Source: Lingula anatina (Eukaryota > Animalia > Brachiopoda). Taken from it: a stretch of DNA of 64,000 bases. The notes beneath the pieces are model-generated. The model was given only the letters and a program-made list of their open reading frames with translations. It ran no database searches and was not told where the DNA came from. Numbering within the stretch: the first letter of the stretch is position 1; every line of letters starts with the position of its first letter. Below, in pieces: positions 52,756 to 64,000 of this stretch. The DNA lies in assembly GCA_051362555.1 (NCBI GenBank), contig CM120646.1:24180001-24244000 (forward strand). Reading direction: 5' to 3'. The position numbers and the translations under genes were made by a program.

Positions 52756-52826
52756 CTTGAAAGCTTTGTTGTTATAGAACCTGTCTTCAAGCTTGGCACC
52801 ATGCTCGACAGGGTCAATGCCTTCCT
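52756..52826 (-). CDS. SPA17: SPA17 signature exon: EGIDPVEHGAKLEDRFYNNKAFK
   Basis: ccag|AG...AAG|gtaatg; matches from memory the conserved Sp17 segment FDPAEWGSKVEDRFYNNHAF that follows the RIIa domain; phase 1->0. Confidence 0.92.
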
Positions 52827-52914
52827 CTGGAATAGAACATATAGCAAAGTTTTATATAAAATATGAATCTACATGGTCAATGCCTTCCTCTGAAAAAGAA
52901 CATATAGCAAAGTT

Positions 52915-54582
52915 TTATACCACGCTTCAACATCATGTCAATGTAGACACTCTCCATTATACCACACTTCAACATCATGTCAATGTAGACACTCTATTAT
53001 ACCACACTTCAACATCATGTCAATGTAGACACTCCATTATACCACACTTCAACATCATGTCAATGTAGACACTCTCCATTATACCACACTTCAACATCAT
53101 GTCAATGTAGACACTCCATTATACCACACTTCAACATCATGTCAATGTAGACACTCTCCATTATACCACACTTCAACATCATGTCAATGTAGACACTCTC
53201 CATTATACCACACTTCAACATCATGTCAATGTAGACACTCCATTATACCACACTTCAACATCATGTCAATGTAGACACTCTCCATTATACCACACTTCAA
53301 CACCATGTCAATGAAGACACTCCATTATACCACACTTCAACATCATGTCAATGTAGACACTCTCCATTATACCACACTTCAACATCATGTCAATGTAGAC
53401 ATTCCATTATACCACACTTCAACATCATGTCAATGTAGACACTCTCCATTATACCACACTTCAACATCATGTCAATGTAGACATTCCATTATACCACACT
53501 TCAACATCATGTCAATGTAGACACTCCATTATACCACACTTCAACATCATGTCAATGTAGACACTCTCCATTATACCACACTTCAACATCATGTCAATGT
53601 AGACACTCTATTATACCACACTTCAACATCATGTCAATGTAGACACTCTCCATTACACCACACTTCAACATCATGTCAATGTAGACACTCTCCATTACAC
53701 CACACTTCAACATCATGTCAATGTAGACACTCCATTATACCACACTTCAACAACATTTCAATGTAGACACACCCTCTTTTATACCACACTTAGCACCATG
53801 TCAATGTAGACACTCTCCATTATACCACACTTCAACATCATGTCAATGTAGACACTCTATTATACCACACTTCAACATCATGTCAATGTAGACACTCCAT
53901 TATACCACACTTCAACATCATGTCAATGTAGACACTCTCAATTATACTACACTTCAACATCATGTCAATGTAGACACTCTATTATACCACACTTCAACAT
54001 CATGTCAATGTAGACACACTCTCTTTTATACCACACTTAGCACCATGTCAATGTAGACACTCTCCATTATACCACACTTCAACATCATGTCAATGTAGAC
54101 ACTCTATTATACCACACTTCAACATCATGTCAATGTAGACACTCCATTATACCACACTTCAACATCATGTCAATGTAGACACTCTCCATTATACCACACT
54201 TCAACATCATGTCAATGTAGACACTCTATTATACCACACTTCAACATCATGTCAATGTAGACACTCCATTATACCACACTTCAACATCATGCCAATGTAG
54301 ACACTCTCCATTATACCACACTTCAACATCATGTCAATGTAGACACTCTCCATTACACCACACTTCAACATCATGTCAATGTAGACATTCCATTATACCA
54401 CACTTCAATATCATGTCAATGTAGACACTCTATTATACCACACTTCAACATCATGTCAATGTAGACACTCTCCATTATACCACACTTCAACATCATGTCA
54501 ATGTAGACACTCTATTATACCACACTTCAACATCATGTCAATGTAGACACTCTCTATTATACCACACTTAGCACCATGTCAA
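52915..54582. repeat. intronic 40/42-bp minisatellite, ~40 copies
   Basis: ATACCACACTTCAACATCATGTCAATGTAGACACTCTCCATT units. Confidence 0.95.
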
Positions 54583-54634
54583 GAGGATCAACACAGCACT
54601 ATTAGCTTTTCTCATTCTGATCATTACTCTCTTA

Positions 54635-54850
54635 GACTGCATTCCCACAAATTTTTAGATTGTTCTATCCCCCTGGGGAGTCTCACTAGATTGGTGTCAG
54701 CTTAACCAGCTTAAATGTCTATCTCGCCTACTAAAAGCTGTAAGGGGGTAATTAACTATAGTGCACGCTCGGCTGACAGCAATTTAGCATGAACCCCCAG
54801 GGAGTTAGGTCAATATAGATAGATAGATCTAAATCTGTGGGAATGCAGTT
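54635..54850. mobile_element. foldback MITE-like element
   Basis: Termini GACTGCATTCCCACA ... TGTGGGAATGCAGTT, TTA on the left flank; subterminal inverted repeat CCCTGGGGAGTCTCACTA / TAGCATGAACCCCCAGGG. Confidence 0.8.
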
Positions 54851-55950
54851 TTTATCACCAAAGCTTTTCTTCTATTTTGTAAATGGAGTCAACAACATAA
54901 AACCAGGCTCTGTTCACTGTATATATAGGGCATGGGAAAAGTAAGTCAAGTTTAACAAAATTTTTTTAAAAAACACTAGTAACAAGTAAGTAAATATCTT
55001 AGCTGTCAAGGCAGTTAAAATTTGTTTATCACCCACTTAATGGTAAAAAATATCTGTGTCCTAGATAGTAAAAGTTTTGATCAAGAACACATGTATTACC
55101 AAAAATGCTGAAGCAAAATGGTCAAAATAGACTATGAAAATGTGTGTGTAGATTTATTGCCAGACGTACAGAAGGTTTGCAAATGAAACTGATGTTTGAA
55201 AACAGCTTTAAAATGTTTCTAGCCTTTTCTATAAGTGCTCAAACAGCCAAGTCCATGCCAGTTAATTAAAAGCTATAAATACACTCCAATCAGAGTCTGT
55301 GGTGTGACATTATTCCCTAGGCAGACTTAGGAATATGTATGTATGCAGCTAGTTTGGTGTAGAAGAAAAGTGTCTATTAACACTTATATTAATAGACTTA
55401 TACCTGGGTCTCAAGAGGTCCAAAGGCCAACAGCAAAGACTACAACTTACCTTTTATAGCCATTTTAAAACATTAATTATATATATAGATTTATGCTTGT
55501 AACAAAGTTAAATAGCACTGCTATGGAAAGTTAAAACCTTTAGGAGTTCACAGGTACCAAAAATGGATCCTTGCCTCTGGATAGAAGTACAATTTAAGGT
55601 GCATCTTATTGTACTAATTTTGGTTGATCAATCCAGCTAATTTATACTTGATATGATATTTACATGCAGTTGCAGTGAGCATAACTTGCAATAATTCTGG
55701 TAATGGAGGTGAATTAAGTCAGGTGTAGTACCTGGCAATAATATGGTATTTGTAGTGAACATGTTCACATCATGAACACAATACATTACATGCTAGTTTG
55801 CTGTCCAACTCTTCAATACATCAAGAGACTTCAATCAATTAAGCACCCAACTGTTCTATACAGTCCTTAGTGTAAATCTTTAAGCCTTATTGACTTACAA
55901 TTAATGCCAGGGGATACTCAAAAACCAATCCATGATATTACATTATAGAA

Positions 55951-55951
55951 C

Positions 55952-56006
<55 letters not shown>
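55951..56006. repeat. (GA)n microsatellite
   Basis: Seen directly. Confidence 0.95.
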
Positions 56007-56009
<3 letters not shown>

Positions 56010-56059
56010 ATTTGCTATGGACCCTCCTGGCTACATTAACATTTCATCACTGGACCCAC

Positions 56060-56285
56060 CTCCATTTAAAAAGATAGGAGCTCCTTCCTCCTCCTCCATC
56101 CCCTGCCTTTCCTCCTCAGGCCCAGAGTCATCATATTCTGAGCTAGAGTCCTTATGGACCCTCTCAGATAAAAACTGTTTCAACTTTTTCTCCTGCCAAG
56201 CTTGTTTTAGCTCCTGTTTAAATTCCGTGACATCTTCCGTCCAGTCCTCCAGGTCTTGCTTTACATGGTCCAGTTTGTTCCCCAT
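56060..56285 (-). CDS. candidate alternative first coding exon of the SPA17-like gene (MGNKLDHVKQDLEDW...APIFLNG)
   Basis: ATG in gtgATGG context with an upstream in-frame stop; 75 codons of protein-like helical/acidic sequence; GAG|GTGGGT donor in phase 1, matching the phase-1 acceptor at 52826. Could instead be a stand-alone ORF ending at TAG 56031. Confidence 0.6.
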
Positions 56286-57245
56286 CACTGACTTATGTGA
56301 CACTCTTAAGGAATTGACTTTTTAAAAGTTATTGAATTAATACCAGAGCCTCTTCTGGCTACATGGAGTCTCCAACCTGTGCACCTTCAAGATAAACTAG
56401 TAATATGCTTTCCTGAAATTTTACTAGCAAGCCTGTGTTCACATAGACATCCTTCTTTTCACCATTCACTGTGAATCATAAGCCTTAACACTGATATACT
56501 ATCCACCTTCAATATGTGTGCATAGTGGTGTCACTTAATTATCAGTAGACATCACAGAAAAATTATAAGATATCCTGAATATGTGGTCTCCTTGCAATGA
56601 ACTGAAATACTTTCTGTAAATTTTCCAAACTTCATCTACATGTATGTTAAAGGCCAAAGTATCTATCCCACAGAGTCTGTATCAATTGTGACATATACAA
56701 CAGTACATGGATAACAACCTGAAGATATATTCAACTGTGACAGCTATGTAACATGACTATAGATCTTTAAGATGCTGGGTACTATTCAATAGCAACAGAG
56801 TCACTGTATTCCAGTGGTTAGTCAAGAGGAGTGGGATACAACTCCAAAAGAGAGCAACTGGTACAATTCCCTGCCATAAAATTCCAATATTAAGAATATT
56901 AGAATTCAAACAGCTCTGCTTTTTAGTTTTTTATCAAGTTTATTGTCCAAAGATGGCCAGCCATATGTTATGATATATGTATAGTGACAGCAGGAATGAG
57001 ATCCCAGGGTCTGAAATGTCTTTCCTATGTACTTTAACAGACAGCTCCACACGTGTGTGTCTTCCCCACGAAGTCAGTGTTCCTAGGAGAGCTGGTATCA
57101 CACAATTATGTCAACCTTACAATGTGGGGGTGTTTCAATGTCCAAACTGATACCAGAACACCTCTGAAAAATTTGTCAGGGAGAAGTGGAAGTCAGATCC
57201 TAAGCTTGTTTTAGTCCCACTGGCTGTAAAGATGGTGTTTACCTT

Positions 57246-57408
57246 TCAGACTCTGCTTCTCCTCCTCCTACCTGCTCAGTACTCTTTGCCCAGTTGTGAG
57301 GAGGCCAATTCTACCAGCTGTATCAGACTCTGCTTCTTCTCCTCCTACCTGCTCAGTACTCTATGCCCAGCAGCTGTGAGGAGGCCAATTCTACCAGCCG
57401 TATCAGAC
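57246..57408. repeat. ~77-80-bp direct duplication
   Basis: TCAGACTCTGCTTCT...GAGGAGGCCAATTCTACCAGC.GTA occurs twice, adjacent to a minus-strand AAG|GTAAAC donor-like site. Confidence 0.85.
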
Positions 57409-58570
57409 CAGAAGTCATGTGGGACAAAGCCTTCTCTGCTAGCACCTCACGCTCCAATACTACCAACACAGAGAGATCAATACAATACCATGCCAATGGC
57501 CACCAATCAATTCCTGAACAAACTTCCAACAGGGCTCTAGTATTCTTGTTTTTATTTAGTAAATTACATTCTGTCACCACAAGACAAGTATCACCTGATA
57601 TCTGTACAGTAAACAATGGGATGTCTCTGGGCTCTGTAAGACTACTGGGATTTGCAGCTCTCTCTAAGCTCCAAAGAAGTCATCATTGGAGACTACTGTA
57701 CTGTGTGGTTTATATAGCAACACTGACACAGATCTATACCTTTCTATAGCAGTATCAATACAGACAAAATACAGCTCAGTGTAAGAAAACACTGGGGAAA
57801 AAACACTTAAGCAGTAGTAATGTTCAACTCAATAACAAAGTTGGTGAAGGACAAAGCTCAAGGACTTGATACCTGGCCAGTTGGAGGTGGGGGGGGGGGG
57901 GGGGTTGCTCTTGCCCTGTTCCTTCATGCTTAGCACTAACACACTGCTGTCTATTTAGAAGTACTAGTAAATGGTTCTTTGAACTTTCAATGAGGTTTTC
58001 TGTTCAAGTTTCTGCTGTTGATTGCACTGCTGGGGAAGAAGTCAAGAGCAGGAAATACTTGGCTGCAAGGTAATCTACAGGAAACACACCTGACTGTAGC
58101 TTTTATGTTATTGAACAGCACAGCAGTTTGCCATCTAAACCTTCATGTATGGCAGTTACTTTTGTAAACAAATGTCAAGTTGATTAGAAGCTCTAGTAAA
58201 TAGTGGCATTCTTGATCTTTTCCTAGAGTGCCATCTATTTTTGTAAAGATCTGGAGGAGACTAAGTTGGCTTCATAAAATGTAAACAGGAATCAATTACA
58301 TGAACTTCTGCAGACAAATCATTATTCATTTCCATCTTCATAAAGTTTTCAATATTTTGTTTTCAGGTATCACAAGTAAAGAATCAGAAAAAAGGGAAAA
58401 AAGTAACAGGTACATTTGGTACTCTGATAAACAACAGAATAAATTATTATTATATAATACTAAAGGGGCTAAATCTCCCAAAAACATCTTAATTGTAGGC
58501 AATAACTCTATTTCTATTAAAAGAATGCATTTAAAAAAAATCCAAAATATACTTAGAAACGTTTAATCTT

Positions 58571-58729
58571 CAATGGTGAACAAAGTATGTCCATGGACAA
58601 ATATTATGTTGTAAACTTGAATACTCTGACTGATGGAAGCACCAAAACAATGGTGAACAAAGTATGTCCATGGACAAATATTATGTTGTAAACTTAAATA
58701 CTCTGACTGATAGAAGCACCAAAACAATT
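58571..58729. repeat. ~77-bp direct duplication
   Basis: CAATGGTGAACAAAGTATGTCCATGG...GAAGCACCAAAA occurs twice. Confidence 0.9.
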
Positions 58730-60539
58730 CGTGACCTGCACAGCAAGAGATTAAATTACTATTGAACTGGGGTCAATTATTGATGTGCTGCCAGCCATCT
58801 TTCCATTCAATAATACCCACCATCCGTGACTAGGAGCTTCTAAATAATTAATCTATTTGGAGAACTACAATTCAATGAAAACTTGGCATGTAAACACAGT
58901 ATGGAGTGCTCAAGAATGAGTTTATTTTCTGCCTCCAGCATGAGAGTTCACTGTCAATGACATGTAATATGCTACTTCATATGTGACTAAACATTGTGTG
59001 GCAGCAATATTTTACATGGAAAGTATACATCCAGGTCAAACACAACCGCCAATCCAGTTGTTTGATTTCTTTTTCCTTTTAATATAGTCTTGACAATGTT
59101 GAGGTTAATAGACACACAGTTTTGTGGTCTAAGGAAGCTTTGTCCAAATCTTGACCATATTTGGAAAGACTCTTTAGAGGGTCAATGATCTAAGGATTCA
59201 ACAGAAAATGTTATTATTATTTAAAAAAAAAAATGGAAAAAAGCAGTTTTTACCAGAAAAGTTATCAAAACAGAATGTTGGGAAGGGATACCCCTATCAA
59301 CAAAACAGCCACTCTCTCTGGCTTTACCAAATGTCCCCAGTGAACAGTTAGTACTGACATAATTGGCAGAATGGGTGAAAAAGATGTTCCCAGTGGGCAG
59401 TTAGTACTGATATAATAAGCAGAATGGGAATAGACGTCCACAAAGAGTTGAAAATACCAATGGCATGCTGAGGCATATGCTCTTATTGATCTGGCTACAG
59501 TGAACTATTAAACAGATGTTGATTGGATAGGAAGGAGAATTTAAGACCTAAATTACAGTAATGTGTGAGTTCATGCAATGATATAATGGACACATGTTAT
59601 TCGTATGTTTGTACCACTGATCTTTTCCATAAAAAAATGTTCATTTTCTCTCTGTCTCTCTCTCCTTTCTCAGGTTCATTCAATGTGTAAACCTAACAAC
59701 ATAATTTATTGAGTGCCTTTATCATACTGATATGAAATGAAGCATATTATATTTATTTGATTTCTGTGGAAATAAAGTTACTCACTTGAGATAATTTAAT
59801 CACTTTCTACTGCTAGTAGTCATCTATCTAACTATAGAGAAGTAGCTTACATAATCGTATTGTCCTATTCTTTATAATACTAACTGTATTTAAGGGATTA
59901 TTCATAACCATTAGTAAGTATGGGAAAATGGTTGTTTAGCAAAGGAAAATCTGTTTTATGGCCCTTTTCCCCAAAATTGAAGAAATGTCCAGACGTAATT
60001 AAGCATATTATAACACTTATAATGTCAAGGAAAGGATCACATACCCATATATTGTAATACTTATAATGTCACGGTAAAGATCCATCATTTCACATCATTG
60101 AATTCTGCATTTTCTCCTTGGATAGAAAGTAGGTATTTGAAAATAGTTCAAATTTTAAATGACTGTTACATTTTCTGTAAGTTTTTAATAGTTACAAAAT
60201 ACAACAGAGCAAAGAGGTGTAAATTTACACTGTCAGCACATGATCCAGTGGTTAGGATTATTGTTCCAGTCAATAAATTATTGGGAATTCCTCTCCCATA
60301 ACTAGTCAGAGCTCAATGTAGTATGGATTTTGCTGTAACCTGCACCTTAATTAATAATTCAAACCTCATCCTATGTAAACATTTGTCCAACTGGATTCAT
60401 AATACATCAACAGAACATAAAAAGGTCTGATTATGTTTCTATTGGTAAAAAGACATATTACTTACTATAAATGCTTCCATAAGTAAGAAAGGCACAAAAC
60501 TATGTATTTGAATCCTAATGTAATGGCAAATTTTAATTG

Positions 60540-61500
60540 ACACTACTGGTTGTGCTCATAATTCGCGCGACAATCCGTATGCGTATACTCCATGTACGTA
60601 TTAACTCTGTACTCACGCCCCCTGAGAGACAATGGGTTGTTTTGATAAACTACAAAAGCCTGTGCGGGTAGCAAACAATAGCGACGTGGACTCATACAGG
60701 GCCTAAGCGCACAGGGGGAGGAGCGCATATGTAAATTATTGTACGGGCGACCCTTGGAGACGGGAGTTCGTCCTCGCCAAGCGCGACGGGAAGTAAATTG
60801 ATGCGCGCTATAATCCGACTTAATTAACAGCTTTCAACTTGGCAGTATTGCACCTTGCTCTAGGCTGAATGTCGACCTGCCGTCTCGTTGTTTTGTTTGC
60901 TTCTTACAATCAGGGGAATGGGCCTCTGCTATTTAATACATTTGAAGGATTTTTTTGTAGTTTTGGTGAATTTCTCGAGCGATCAGTCTGTGGCCCATAC
61001 CAATTAACCCTTCCGAACTTGGCAGAAGTCTCCCTAATTTTGGACGTATCTACCGATCTCCCTTTTGTCTCGATACATCACACTTTTCTCTTTGTCCTTA
61101 CGTTTGGAAACTTCTCAGGTTAAGTGATAGGGGTATAGATAGCACTAAACAATAAAAAGAAATTACCAACGACAAAGCCGTGCCAGGTCTTCGTGTGAGT
61201 AACATCCAAAACACTGTACATGTATGTTGTTTTCGTGGAAACGAAGCTGGTTTCGAAAGGAACCTAAATAGCGATAATATAAAACCACAGCTGGGCAAGC
61301 TACCTGGACATTGTAATAAGTGATAGATACAAGTCGCAGAGCCGAACTTGAAATATAACGAGCGTATTGTCGAGCCACAGGTTGAGTAATTTTCGGGTAC
61401 AGCTCGGTGGGAGTGTTGTATCTAGCTTAAACCACAGCCTCTCATCGGTTAGTGCAATGTCCTCGCGATATATTACTGAATGCCAGCTGAGCGGTGGAAA
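60540..61500 (-). promoter_or_regulatory. CpG-rich candidate promoter / first exon region
   Basis: Abrupt return of CpG dinucleotides after ~29 kb of CpG-poor sequence; consensus minus-strand donor GC|GTGAGT at 60611-60616. Confidence 0.45.
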
Positions 61501-64000
61501 ATTAATTCCATGCAAAAATTCTTATTGGGCATTAGAAAAAATTATCAAAAATGACTTAGGAGTGTGCCAATTTGCCTAACGGCAAGGGCCTAAGTGTTTG
61601 TGCAGATCGGTCACATAACTGCATTCGCTTACTGCAACTACGAAATAGATTATTTAAAAGAAGATCTTTAACTGATACGTGTGCAAATGATGTGGAGGAG
61701 AGTTCGCCCAAACAAATCATTAAGGGTAAATGGCATTTGATTAGCCTTTGTCGTGAACACAATAACATCATGTATGAAGTAAGTCCAAATTAACAAAGTT
61801 TTAATTTTTTCAATTTACTTCATGTATTATAACAAGAATAATAATCAATGTTGTTTTCATGTGTACATGTACGTCCTAGGGATGGATGGTGGAAGTAAAA
61901 AGACTGTCATTCTTTTTTGATATCCCGCTTGTCGGCGGTGGAGATTACAATACAACGCTTTGTTTGCTGGTTAATGATCGCATTAAGGGGTGGCCGATTT
62001 CGCACCTTTTACATTTCATTCAATGGCAGTTACAACTGGTAGTCGCCCCTTTGTTTCGTTGTCCAGTGTTACTTAATGTCTGGGTTGTAAGTGACCTTTA
62101 TATTACAAACTATTCCATTCTTTGTCTATGTCTACTAGTATACATCCCAAGAGCGTTCTCAGGCAGCAATTGTTAATCATTAAACAATAGCGATAAAGCA
62201 TCGGTTTCAGCAAATTTCAATCTTTGAGGCCATCAACAGTGCCTAAATATTCAAGAGACACCAGTAAACTAAAGAACTTTTTCGTTTGCAGTGTCAGGGT
62301 GAACAAGAAGTTATAACTTCTTGGGGTGAATCAAAATTTTCTCAATTAGGTGCTGGTAGGCTAATGAAAGACTAGGAAATAATCGTTTATTGCATCGAGA
62401 ATTTAATCCTGTGCAACCTTCTACAAAATGGATATTTTACACTACTGCATGGGTCGTTATTCATAAAGAATGTTTTAACGTTTTATAAGGTTTTTGACAG
62501 ATAAATAATTTCACCAAAGAATCTGCTCTTCGTTATTTGTTTTATTTAGATTTGATTCATTTCATTTAAGAGAAGTCAACAGATAAAAGTGCAGCGAAAA
62601 GAAATAGAGGAGAGAGGAAACTATCAAGAAAAAGTGATGGGAATCCTTAATATTAAAAACATTTACGGGAAATAAGATTGATGTCCATATCTCCCCTCTT
62701 TTTCTACCAAGCCCGCTTGCTCAAACAATTCATTCTTACTTCGGGGAAAACAAGTGATAAAATGCAGTAAATGTAGAAAAGAAGGACACGAACAAGAGAA
62801 GAGGGACGGGAGTCTTTAATATCAAAATATTTACGGGAAAAAAGTATGAGAGAGTGATCTTTATCTTCCGTCTTTCTCTGCCAGGTCGTCTTCTCCAATG
62901 CAGGTGCTCTCCGCTAGTTTAAAAAATATCTTTCTGCATAGACAGCTTGACGATTGGTGATCGAATAATTTCCAGATAAAATATTTAAATACTGTGGCAA
63001 GTAAAGGAGACACCCCCCCCCCCCCCCCCCGACACCAAAATGCATATATTTACAGACCTAGGCAACTTTCTACGCGCCCTTCTTATCCGTGTAGCACACC
63101 AATTAGACTAAATCATCATCTGTGATAATTTATCAAATCGCATTATTAATAAAGATTTTCGTGCGCTAGATAAGACCCTACAAAGGAGGCAGCCTTTTGT
63201 AGACCTAAGATGTATTTTCAATGTTTCTTCTGATTTCGGACCTTAAGTCCTCTCTGTGTCTGTCTGTAAGACAAAAAAAGTTAATGCACACATTTCTAAA
63301 GAATCACATTTGAAAGAAAATGCTGTCAAACGCATATTATTTACACTCGTAAATACTGTACAGAATCATCTCTCAAAAATACGCTTACAGAAGGGCATTT
63401 TTATTCTCAATAAATTTACGTTTTCTTAATAAGTAACATTTTATCTAATTAATACTGTCCATATATTTAAATTCAAAACTAATGAAAGTGAATTATATTG
63501 TGTAGAATATTTACAAATTCCATTCATGTGTTCAAAGTCTAAAACAAAAAGGTTAAGCAAACAAAACATGATCGATGCAAACTTTTTTAAATATAGGGCC
63601 TATATTTTGCATGCTGAAATAGGATTTTAATAGTATAACACTTGAACTATAATTGGCTTTTCATGCATGTTAGATTTTCAATTTCAAACTTGTTATTTGT
63701 ATTTTATTAAAGAAAATTTAAAAACTAGTTGTTGATCAATTTAAAAAGACAGAACTACATTACCAGCCAATAGACACAATCTAAGGATCGACCTGAAAAA
63801 AAAAAATTAACACAGACCCATTTATAGATAACGAGCTGCTTTCTCTCAACTTAATTACATGATTTATTCATTTCATTATTCATTTGAAAAGAGCATCTTG
63901 CTTGTACAAAGAAGCAATGAATTAGAATGTTGTTATTACTGCAATTTTACAAAATTATATTTCTACGATGAACCACTCCAGGACATAAATAGATCCCACT

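Noticed and set aside
58030-58095. Minus-strand DYLAAKYF resembling the end of an RIIa domain (FAAxYF)
   Set aside because: No upstream LxREVLRxQP motif, no suitable phase-1 donor, and the frame closes soon after; likely chance.
60543-60728. ORF MRSSPCALRP... crossing the 60616 donor in phase 1 as another coding first exon
   Set aside because: The peptide is not convincingly protein-like and a phase match has a 1-in-3 chance; treated only as a candidate 5' UTR exon.

Overview
AT-rich animal genomic DNA with spliceosomal GT-AG introns and many micro- and minisatellites; an invertebrate, possibly a mollusc (inference). The main feature is one minus-strand gene assembled here by hand from 22-23 exons between ~56.3 kb and 32.7 kb. 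It is a sperm surface protein 17 (SPA17/Sp17) homologue, recognised by the DPVEHGAKLEDRFYNNKAF motif, whose single IQ calmodulin-binding motif has been expanded to about 20. Thirteen of these lie in a tandem array of symmetric phase-0 exons of 78-87 nt. The array shows exon birth (a recent 521-bp two-exon duplication), exon death (a decayed pseudo-exon) and an IQ->IE subfamily. The canonical Sp17 RIIa docking-domain exon was not found in the window; a phase-compatible alternative N-terminal exon (MGNKL...) was found instead. Several intronic minisatellites abut or copy splice sites. The left ~31 kb is apparently non-coding, with satellites, a family of foldback MITE-like elements and LINE remnants. 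All exon joins are manual predictions without transcript data.
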